Shown here in pieces: positions 10,426 through 18,301 of a stretch of DNA of 64,000 nucleotides; position 1 is the first letter of the stretch; the number at the start of each line of letters is the position of its first letter. Source of the DNA: Aulosira sp. ZfuVER01 (lineage in GTDB: Bacteria; Cyanobacteriota; Cyanobacteriia; Cyanobacteriales; Nostocaceae). The notes below the pieces were generated by a model. That model was not told the origin of the DNA. It searched no databases and saw only the letters and a program-made list of their open reading frames with translations. The position numbers were made by a program, and so were the translations under genes. The stretch covers positions 192,001 through 256,000 of the forward strand of contig JAVRCV020000049.1 of NCBI GenBank assembly GCA_034530615.2, in the 5' to 3' direction.

Positions 10426-10636
10426 GTGTTGTTGCTTTTTCCTCTGCCAGCGCCTTTGCTAAAACAGCAGCAGCTTCAAAAGAATTATGTAAGCCTTGAC
10501 TACCAACTTTGCCTTGAGCGTCCAATGGGACTAAACTTGATTCCTGTAACAATTCGCCTAGCAAAAAATGTGTAAGCAAGAGTTTATCAGAGTAGGGTAA
10601 TTCTTTCAGGAGGGGTATCAGTTCTGAGAGAGGCAT
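10418..10636 (-). CDS. Small hypothetical protein, antitoxin-like
   Basis: 72 aa (MPLSELIPLLKELPYSDKLLL..., EAAAVLAKAL); stop overlaps the protease start by 8 nt. Confidence 0.65.
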   Translation of the reverse strand: MPLSELIPLLKELPYSDKLLLTHFLLGELLQESSLVPLDAQGKVGSQGLHNSFEAAAVLAKALAEEKATTHG

Positions 10637-10811
10637 CAGATAAAGCTTTAATGAATTTGGGTTACATCAATTTTAGAGCATAGTTTTTGAACAGAAATAC
10701 TTGGGCTTACTCACCCATCCCTATCAAGCTGAATAAAATAGCGAATTTTGGTTTTCCTGTCATCTTCTATAATTGATAAAACCTGGACAACTAAATCTTA
10801 GGCATGAGACA

Positions 10812-13742
10812 GTGACAGAAGCAGGAAGTTACAAAGATACTGTAAATCTACCCAAAACGAACTTTGATATGCGGGCGAACGCGCTCAAGCGTGAGCCAGA
10901 AATCCAAAAATTTTGGGAAGAAAATAAAATTTACGATCGCCTTTCGCAAAATAATCCCGGCGAATTATTTATACTGCACGATGGGCCTCCCTACGCAAAT
11001 GGCTCACTTCATACTGGTCATGCCTTAAATAAAATTCTCAAAGATATTATTAATCGCTACCAACTGCTGCGGGGGCGAAAGGTTCGTTATGTGCCAGGTT
11101 GGGACTGCCACGGCTTGCCAATCGAACTGAAAGTTTTGCAGAATATGAAGTCAGCAGAACGGCAAAATCTCACGCCTTTACAACTGCGGCAGAAAGCGAA
11201 AGAATTTGCCCTCGCAACAGTAGATGCGCAACGCCAAAGTTTTAAACGTTATGGTGTTTGGGGTGATTGGGATAATCCTTATCTGACTTTGAAGCCGGAA
11301 TATGAAGCAGCGCAAATTGGTGTTTTTGGTCAGATGGTGTTGAAAGGCTACATCTATCGTGGCTTAAAGCCGGTTCACTGGAGTCCTAGTTCTAAGACTG
11401 CTTTGGCTGAGGCTGAGTTGGAATACCCGGAAGGTCATACTTCTCGCAGTATCTACGCGGCTTTCCCCGTCACTAGTTTGTCGGAAGCAGCTAAACCACT
11501 GCTAGGAGAATATTTACCAGATTTGGGTGTGGCTGTTTGGACAACTACACCTTGGACAATTCCCGGTAACTTGGCGGTAGCGGTGAATGCAGACCTAAAC
11601 TACGCTGTGGTGGAAGTTTCAAGCAGAGACGCGGAGGAGGACACTTGCGTGGGCGGGTCTCCCGACTTGAGCAAAGTGTCCGTCGCGCAGAGAGGATTTA
11701 AGTATCTAATTGTGGCGGCTGATTTGGTGGAACGTTTAGCTGCTACTTTGGAACTAGAGCTAACTGTAAAAGCCATATTCAAAGGGAAAGATTTAGAACA
11801 TATCACCTACCGTCATCCTTTATTTGACCGCGAAAGTCCGGTGGTTGTAGGTGGCGATTACATTACCACTGAGTCCGGTACAGGGTTGGTACATACTGCG
11901 CCCGGTCACGGTCAAGAAGACTACATTGTAGGTCAGCGTTACGGTTTGCCTATCCTTGCACCAGTAGACGATAACGGCAACTTTACCCAAGAGGCGGGAC
12001 ATTTTGCTGGGTTGAATGTGCTGGGTGATGGAAATCAGGCGGTAATTGATGCGTTAGCTGCGGCTGGTTCTCTGTTGAAGGAAGAACCCTATCAGCATAA
12101 ATATCCTTACGACTGGCGGACGAAAAAGCCGACGATTTTCCGCGCCACCGAACAATGGTTTGCTTCGGTGGAAGGATTTAGAGAAGAAGCATTAAAAGCG
12201 ATCGCCTCGGTAAAATGGATTCCAGCCCAAGGTGAAAATCGCATCACGCCAATGGTGGCGGAACGTTCTGATTGGTGTATTTCCCGTCAGCGCGCTTGGG
12301 GTGTGCCAATTCCGGTTTTCTATGATGAAGAAACTGGGGAACCACTGCTGAATGAAGAAACCATCAACCACGTCCAAGCCATTATCGCCGAAAAAGGTTC
12401 CGATGCTTGGTGGGAATTGTCGGTAGAGGAATTATTACCAGAACAATACCAGAATAACGGTCGGTCTTACCGCCGAGGTACTGACACAATGGATGTGTGG
12501 TTTGATTCTGGTTCATCTTGGGCAGCTGTTATCAAGCAGCGTCCAGAATTGCGCTACCCTGCGGATATGTATTTAGAAGGTTCCGACCAACATCGCGGTT
12601 GGTTCCAGTCCAGTTTGCTCACCAGTGTAGCAGTGAATGGCATTGCACCTTACAAAACTGTCTTGACTCACGGCTTTGTCCTTGATGAACAAGGGCGGAA
12701 GATGAGTAAGTCATTGGGGAATGTGGTAGATCCGCAAGTGATGATTGTCGGCGGTAAAGACCAGAAAAAAGAACCCCCCTATGGTGCTGATGTGTTGCGG
12801 TTGTGGGTGTCGTCGGTAGATTACACCTCCGATGTGCGTATAGGTAACAACATCATCAAGCAGCTAAATGATGTCAGGGGTAAGATTCGCAATACAGCGC
12901 GTTTCTTGCTGGGTAGCTTGCATGATTTTGACCCAGAAAAAGATGCAGTACCTTTCGAGGAATTGCCAGAACTCGACCGCTATATGCTGCACCGCATCAC
13001 CGAGGTATTCGGTGAAGTCACAGAAGCTTTTGACAGTTTCCAATTCTTCCGCTTCTTCCAGACAGTGCAGAATTTCTGCGTTGTGGATTTATCCAACTTT
13101 TATCTGGATGTTGCTAAAGATAGACTGTACATCAGCACACCTAAAGCTTTCCGCCGTCGCAGTTGTCAAACAGTGCTGAAGATAGCTTTAGAGAATTTAG
13201 CACGAGCGATCGCCCCTGTGTTATGCCACACCGCCGAAGATATTTGGCAACATCTCCCCTACGCAACACCTTACAAATCGGTGTTTGAAGCCGGTTGGGT
13301 ACAAGTAGAGGGAGAATGGCTAAATCCAGAATTAGGTGAATTTTGGGAAGCATTGCGACAACTCCGCACCGATGTTAACAAGGTCTTAGAACTAGCCAGG
13401 ATCGAAAAACTCATTGGTTCATCCCTGGAGGCGAAAGCTTTAATTCACATACCTCACAAACAGTTAGGCGATGCTATCAAAGCTTTTAATCCTGTTAGCG
13501 GTAACGGTATTGATGAACTGCGGTACTTATTGCTGACTTCTCAAGTGGAATTATTAGATTCTGCCGAGAAATTGCAAGGATTGAAATATACAGCGCAGAC
13601 GGAAGACTGGACAATAGGTGTAGTGAATGCAGATGGCGAGAAGTGCGATCGCTGTTGGAACTACTCCACCCACGTGGGAGAATCAAAAGAACATCCCCTA
13701 CTTTGCGAACGGTGCGTTCCAGCCTTAGCAGGTGAGTTTTAG
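10812..13742 (+). CDS. ileS: Isoleucine--tRNA ligase (type 1)
   Basis: PPYANG-HTGH, GWDCHGLP, WTTTPWT, GTGLVHTAPGHG, DWCISRQR, KMSKS and C-terminal CDRC...CERC Zn finger. GTG start at 10812. Confidence 0.98.
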   Translation: MTEAGSYKDTVNLPKTNFDMRANALKREPEIQKFWEENKIYDRLSQNNPGELFILHDGPPYANGSLHTGHALNKILKDIINRYQLLRGRKVRYVPGWDCHGLPIELKVLQNMKSAERQNLTPLQLRQKAKEFALATVDAQRQSFKRYGVWGDWDNPYLTLKPEYEAAQIGVFGQMVLKGYIYRGLKPVHWSPSSKTALAEAELEYPEGHTSRSIYAAFPVTSLSEAAKPLLGEYLPDLGVAVWTTTPWTIPGNLAVAVNADLNYAVVEVSSRDAEEDTCVGGSPDLSKVSVAQRGFKYLIVAADLVERLAATLELELTVKAIFKGKDLEHITYRHPLFDRESPVVVGGDYITTESGTGLVHTAPGHGQEDYIVGQRYGLPILAPVDDNGNFTQEAGHFAGLNVLGDGNQAVIDALAAAGSLLKEEPYQHKYPYDWRTKKPTIFRATEQWFASVEGFREEALKAIASVKWIPAQGENRITPMVAERSDWCISRQRAWGVPIPVFYDEETGEPLLNEETINHVQAIIAEKGSDAWWELSVEELLPEQYQNNGRSYRRGTDTMDVWFDSGSSWAAVIKQRPELRYPADMYLEGSDQHRGWFQSSLLTSVAVNGIAPYKTVLTHGFVLDEQGRKMSKSLGNVVDPQVMIVGGKDQKKEPPYGADVLRLWVSSVDYTSDVRIGNNIIKQLNDVRGKIRNTARFLLGSLHDFDPEKDAVPFEELPELDRYMLHRITEVFGEVTEAFDSFQFFRFFQTVQNFCVVDLSNFYLDVAKDRLYISTPKAFRRRSCQTVLKIALENLARAIAPVLCHTAEDIWQHLPYATPYKSVFEAGWVQVEGEWLNPELGEFWEALRQLRTDVNKVLELARIEKLIGSSLEAKALIHIPHKQLGDAIKAFNPVSGNGIDELRYLLLTSQVELLDSAEKLQGLKYTAQTEDWTIGVVNADGEKCDRCWNYSTHVGESKEHPLLCERCVPALAGEF
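11636..11683. mobile_element. Small palindromic dispersed repeat inserted in frame in ileS
   Basis: ggacacttgc...cggg-tct-cccg...gcaaagtgtcc hairpin inside gcagagacgc/cgcagaga repeats; translates as EDTCVGGSPDLSKVSV. Boundaries approximate. Confidence 0.7.
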
Positions 13743-13744
13743 GT

Positions 13745-13797
13745 ATTGGGCATAGGGCATGGGGCATAGGGCATTTTGTCCCCATCCCCCATTCCCC
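13745..13797. repeat. STRR heptamer repeats (GGGCATN)
   Basis: attgggcatagggcatggggcatagggcat followed by cccat/cccatt repeats. Confidence 0.85.
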
Positions 13798-13881
13798 TAA
13801 AATGAATTAAAGATAGACTATTTCTAGATACAGTATTTATTCAGGTTCTACTGAACAAGAATGTTCTAGGACACAAAATCT

Positions 13882-14127
13882 ATGACTAATCTCTTACAAG
13901 AAGCATTTGCCGTCGTCTCACAGCTACCGGAAGCTGAACAAAATGCGATCGCTCAACTGATTTTGCAGCAAATAGCCCAGCGCGATCAATCACTGCATAA
14001 AATACCTATAGATTTTATGCAATTCGCTGGTATTGCTAGTGCTGAAGAAACAATACTTTTGCAAACTCTTGAACGTGAGATTGAAGAACAGCGATCGTTA
14101 GACTTGCAAAGACAAATCGACCTGTGA
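13882..14127 (+). CDS. Putative antitoxin of a VapBC-type pair
   Basis: 81 aa (MTNLLQEAFAVVSQLPEAEQNAIA); GTGA overlap with the PIN gene. Confidence 0.7.
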   Translation: MTNLLQEAFAVVSQLPEAEQNAIAQLILQQIAQRDQSLHKIPIDFMQFAGIASAEETILLQTLEREIEEQRSLDLQRQIDL

Positions 14128-14540
14128 AAAAAGCTTTATTGGATACTAATATCTTGTCATACTTCCTGCGAGGTGAATTGCAAGTTGTCACAAAATTAAG
14201 TGAATACCAACAATTTCACAGCAATTTAACTTTTTCTGTTCTCACCTACTATGAGATCAAGAGTGGCTTACTCTACAAAGATGCAAGGAAACTGCTTCAA
14301 CAATTTGAAATTCTTGCCAATGGCAGTGAAATTTTACAACTCGATTTAGAAACAGCTAATATTGCAAGTATCATTTACACAGACTTACGTCAAAAAGGTT
14401 TACTAATTAGTCCGATTGACTTGCTTATTGCAGCATCAGCAATTCAACATGAGTGTGTTTTAATTACTGCAAATATTAAACATTTTCAGAATATCGTTAA
14501 CTTAGAATTTGACAATTGGGCAGCACCTCCCTTGTCATGA
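14124..14540 (+). CDS. vapC: PIN-domain VapC toxin
   Basis: LLDTNIL, TYYEI..G, DLLIAASA, LITANIKHF. Confidence 0.9.
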   Translation: MKKALLDTNILSYFLRGELQVVTKLSEYQQFHSNLTFSVLTYYEIKSGLLYKDARKLLQQFEILANGSEILQLDLETANIASIIYTDLRQKGLLISPIDLLIAASAIQHECVLITANIKHFQNIVNLEFDNWAAPPLS

Positions 14541-14568
14541 AAATTGTACACCAGCAAGGCTTTTATTT

Positions 14569-14640
14569 GGGGGAATGGGGCATTGGGCATGGGGCATAGG
14601 GCAAGAAGGCAATAGTCCTCCTTGTCCCCCTTCCAGTCCC
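14569..14640. repeat. STRR heptamer repeats
   Basis: gggaatggggcattgggcatggggcatagggca ... ccttgtcccc. Confidence 0.8.
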
Positions 14641-15525
14641 CTACAGCTTCTCCAACAACTCCTGAGTTAACTGAATAAATGATTTAGAACCAGGTGATTG
14701 AGGACTCATTAAAACAGCCGGCATAAAACTATCAACAGCTTTTGCCACATTCACATCAACTGGAATTTGGTTTTTACAAATTTTATCTACACCAAAATCT
14801 TCGACAACGCGATGCATAACTTGTTTATAGTATCTGCCAGTCAGGAGATTTGCACTCGACATACTGAATACAATCCCCAGCATTTTTATATCGATTTTCG
14901 CTTCATGTTCGTGACTGTCTTTTAATTGTCCAATGCGTCTTTCCAACAATTGAATACCTACTACAGATAAAGGTTCTGGTTTAGCAGGTAAAATATAAAA
15001 ATCACTGCAAGCCAAAGCGCTACGAGTTAATAGATTATAGCCAGGCGCACAATCTAGAATGATAAAATCATACTCTTGGCGAACTGGTTTTAAGATGTTA
15101 TTAATTAACACCCTTTCAAAACGATTCCAAACTGTTTCAAAATCCTGCTCGCCTAAAGCAACCGATTGTTCGTGCAGCATTTCTGAAACAACAAATTCAT
15201 CATATAAATCGATATCTCCTGGTAATAAATTCAATCCAGGTAGATTACAAACGTTAGTGTGAACGATATCCTGAATCGTCAACTTAGCGTTTGGTTCTGG
15301 TGCGATAACTTGATCTATTAGATATCGAAATGTCTTTCTATTTTTTCGACGCTTGGCAAATTCCAAAGGCGACATCAGGCTGAGTGTGGCACTAATTTGG
15401 CTATCTAAGTCCAGAACCAGCACCCGTTTTCCATGATATTTAGCTAAACAAGTAGCTAAATTAACTGTAATGGTGGTTTTACCGACACCACCTTTCATAT
15501 TTGCAGTTGCAATTACATATCCCAT
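14641..15525 (-). CDS. ParA/Soj family ATPase
   Basis: Deviant Walker A KGGVGKTT, LDLDSQ, YDFIILDCAPG. Confidence 0.92.
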   Translation of the reverse strand: MGYVIATANMKGGVGKTTITVNLATCLAKYHGKRVLVLDLDSQISATLSLMSPLEFAKRRKNRKTFRYLIDQVIAPEPNAKLTIQDIVHTNVCNLPGLNLLPGDIDLYDEFVVSEMLHEQSVALGEQDFETVWNRFERVLINNILKPVRQEYDFIILDCAPGYNLLTRSALACSDFYILPAKPEPLSVVGIQLLERRIGQLKDSHEHEAKIDIKMLGIVFSMSSANLLTGRYYKQVMHRVVEDFGVDKICKNQIPVDVNVAKAVDSFMPAVLMSPQSPGSKSFIQLTQELLEKL

Positions 15526-15709
15526 TGGTTAAGTCCTTTGATGGCGCATCCCCATGTAGGTAGCGTACATCTCTCCTGATATATGGAAATTTTCGTTAAA
15601 TTTAATATTTCTGGAATACACAAAGTTATTCCAGTAACACGACTGTGATTGAGGCAGTCAGAATTATAGCAGTGAGTAGCACATTACTAACATTGAGAGG
15701 AAATTAATT

Positions 15710-18271
15710 TTAGGTTGATGGTAGCTGAATTTTAGTAGCTAATAAACTTTGTAAGCGTTGTAGTTGTGGCCCGACTTGATAAAGTAAATCACCTTTTCCT
15801 AACAAGTAAGCTGCTGCCGTTGATGTACCGCCTAAAATAATTTTGGAATCTGCTTCACTTCTGGTGCTGAGAGCAATTCTTCCTGGTAAATTAGAGCGAA
15901 TCAGTGGAGTAACAATACCCGCTTCGGGACGTTGAGTAGCAATAATCAGATGAATGCCCGCAGCTCTTGCTTTTGCTCCCAATCTTTTAATACTTTGTTC
16001 TAATGCAGTACGAATTTCCTTTTCTGCCATAAAGTCAGCATATTCATCAAAAATGCAGACAATGCGAGGTAGAAGTTGAGCAGAACGATGATTATAAGTA
16101 CTCAAATCAGCACACCCAGCTTTCTCAAACCTTTGGTAACGAGACTCCATCTCTGCAACTAATTCATCCATCAGTTCAATAGCGCGATCGCTATCCTTGA
16201 CAATAGATGAATATGACCAAGACATTTGCTCAAACTCTGGAAACGTCACCCGTTTAGGATCGACAAGGGCGATTTTGAGGTGTTGTGGAGAATGACGATA
16301 TAGTAAGCTGAGGAGGAGCGATCGCAAAAATTCGCTCTTACCACTCCCAGTTGTACCTCCAACTAAAAAGTGACAGGTATTCGGATCGGATAAATCAGCT
16401 TCTATTAATTCTCCTTCCAAATTCACCCCAATCGCAATTTTTACAGGTGCATTTGCAGGTAAGAATAGCGGTTGAATATATGCCTCAAAGCTAGCAACCT
16501 CTCTATCTGAACGGGGTAAATCTATACTGACATACCCAGCTTGTGGAGCAATTAGAGGTGGATTTGCTAACCCTAACTGCACTTGTAAGTCATTAGACAA
16601 GCGTAAAATCGAATTTACACTTACGCCTAAATGGGGTTTCAGCTTCACCCGAATAAAAGCAGGCCCCACAGCAGCGCCTTGATAATCAACTTTAATTTTA
16701 AAAGATTGCAAGGTAGTAACTAATTTTTCACCCATGACATCGCCTAATGCTGATGTCTCCTCCTTTTTAATTGAAGGTTGCGGAGTCTCAACTTCTGTAT
16801 CCACAAAAAAAGTCTGACACTTTTTCTGCTGGGGACAAATTTCACACAGATAAGGCTGAGTTGTTCGTGGTGGTGAATTGGGATGAGGCGGTTCCCAAGT
16901 TAGCCATTCTTGCATTTGTTGCAATTTATAGGGAATCAACTGATGCACAGTATTTTCTAGCTGTTCCCAAGAATATTGATACTCTTTAAATTCTGGTAAA
17001 ACACAGTAAACTGCTGAGTCAACTGGTACTTTTTTCTTTTGCCATAACAAATAACTATACAATGAAACCTGAGCCAACTGCGCTGATGGATCAACAGGTT
17101 GATAGGTTTTAAACTCCACCACAAAAAGGCGATTTACTTCAAAATTAAAAACTAAACAATCAAATTCTCCCCTAACTAGTTGCTGTGTTCCATTAGGGAG
17201 ACTAAAGTAATGCTCAATACTGCGTTCTCCAGAGAGAAAGGTATTACTAATAACGGTTTCTGCATTGCAATAGCGCCGATTAATTACTAACAATTCTGCA
17301 AAGCGCTTAATTAATCCTTGTAATCCTTGCCAAACTTGTAAAAGTGCTTGAGCTTGACTACCATCTTTCGCAACTGCTTCCTGTAGATAGGGAAAGAATT
17401 CAAGTTGATAAAATATTTGTTGCATTTGTGAGGCAACTTCCTCTACCTTTATTTGTGCAGCCTCTGGTTTAAACAAAGTTTTAAATTGCGGTTCAATCAC
17501 AGCTAATTTCACAAATTTATCCGCTAATTTATGAAACGGATTACCGATGCCAATAGCTGTATCTGGTGGTAAAAATATTGCCTTATCGCCAAATGTATGA
17601 TTTAGGTAGAATAAGCGGGGACACTCAAAAGCAAGACGGACTTTAGTCACCGTTAAAGATGAATTATCAGATTTTTCTTTTGGCTGTTTTGAGCTATTAT
17701 TTCCCATATCAAAAATATTAATTACAGCATTGGGATATGATATTTCTAGTAACCGACGATGCACAGCCGCCAAATAAACCGTATCCATCGCCGCATATTT
17801 TAGCTGCTTGTCGCTAAGAGGACGCTTTCCCCAATCACTTCCCTGTTCTTCAATTTCTACATTCGAGAAATTGCAAAGTTCTGCTGCTAAAGTTTTCAGT
17901 TTTAAATTGGAAACTTCCAAGCGTTGACGAGTAATTTTTCTGGCTAATTGTAAAGTACAAGTAACATTCTGCGCTAGCTTACCTCCTAAATACTTTACGT
18001 CATAGCTAGCATTATGAAAAATCTTCTCAATATTGGCATTACTCATGATTTGGTTAACAAAATATGCTGCCAAATCACGTTTATTTAAGACATCGAGAAT
18101 GTAAGCACATACACCTGTTGAGTCTGTCGGATCAGCTAATACCTGAATCAGCGATAATTTTGGATAGTAAGTATTCCAGTCAGCAGTTTCTGTATCTAAC
18201 CAAAGAATTTTAGTAGATGCTAATTTAGATATTAATTCCCGGATTTCCGGAGCTTCTGTCAGGTATTGCAT
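15710..18271 (-). CDS. Fusion: DEDDy 3'-5' exonuclease + RecB/Cas4-like PD-(D/E)XK nuclease + FtsK/SpoIIIE translocase
   Basis: ExoI WLDTE, ExoII FHNASYD, ExoIII YAAMD; FECPR...GEFD...VVEFKT...AQVSLY...CEICPQQKKC; FtsK motifs GGTTGSGKS, LVDPK, IFDEYAD, RAAGIHLIIATQRP, LLGKGDLL. No TM anchor or gamma domain visible. Confidence 0.88.
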   Translation of the reverse strand: MQYLTEAPEIRELISKLASTKILWLDTETADWNTYYPKLSLIQVLADPTDSTGVCAYILDVLNKRDLAAYFVNQIMSNANIEKIFHNASYDVKYLGGKLAQNVTCTLQLARKITRQRLEVSNLKLKTLAAELCNFSNVEIEEQGSDWGKRPLSDKQLKYAAMDTVYLAAVHRRLLEISYPNAVINIFDMGNNSSKQPKEKSDNSSLTVTKVRLAFECPRLFYLNHTFGDKAIFLPPDTAIGIGNPFHKLADKFVKLAVIEPQFKTLFKPEAAQIKVEEVASQMQQIFYQLEFFPYLQEAVAKDGSQAQALLQVWQGLQGLIKRFAELLVINRRYCNAETVISNTFLSGERSIEHYFSLPNGTQQLVRGEFDCLVFNFEVNRLFVVEFKTYQPVDPSAQLAQVSLYSYLLWQKKKVPVDSAVYCVLPEFKEYQYSWEQLENTVHQLIPYKLQQMQEWLTWEPPHPNSPPRTTQPYLCEICPQQKKCQTFFVDTEVETPQPSIKKEETSALGDVMGEKLVTTLQSFKIKVDYQGAAVGPAFIRVKLKPHLGVSVNSILRLSNDLQVQLGLANPPLIAPQAGYVSIDLPRSDREVASFEAYIQPLFLPANAPVKIAIGVNLEGELIEADLSDPNTCHFLVGGTTGSGKSEFLRSLLLSLLYRHSPQHLKIALVDPKRVTFPEFEQMSWSYSSIVKDSDRAIELMDELVAEMESRYQRFEKAGCADLSTYNHRSAQLLPRIVCIFDEYADFMAEKEIRTALEQSIKRLGAKARAAGIHLIIATQRPEAGIVTPLIRSNLPGRIALSTRSEADSKIILGGTSTAAAYLLGKGDLLYQVGPQLQRLQSLLATKIQLPST

Positions 18272-18301
18272 TGACTAATTATTAACACTTATAGCAAGAA
18301 A

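Noticed and set aside
14641..15525. ParA as a sign of a plasmid
   Set aside because: No parB or rep gene adjacent, and the context (ileS, gnd, ruvA) is chromosomal.
16780..17660. Cas4-like domain as evidence of CRISPR-Cas
   Set aside because: No cas1/cas2 or array in the window; the domain is embedded in an FtsK fusion.
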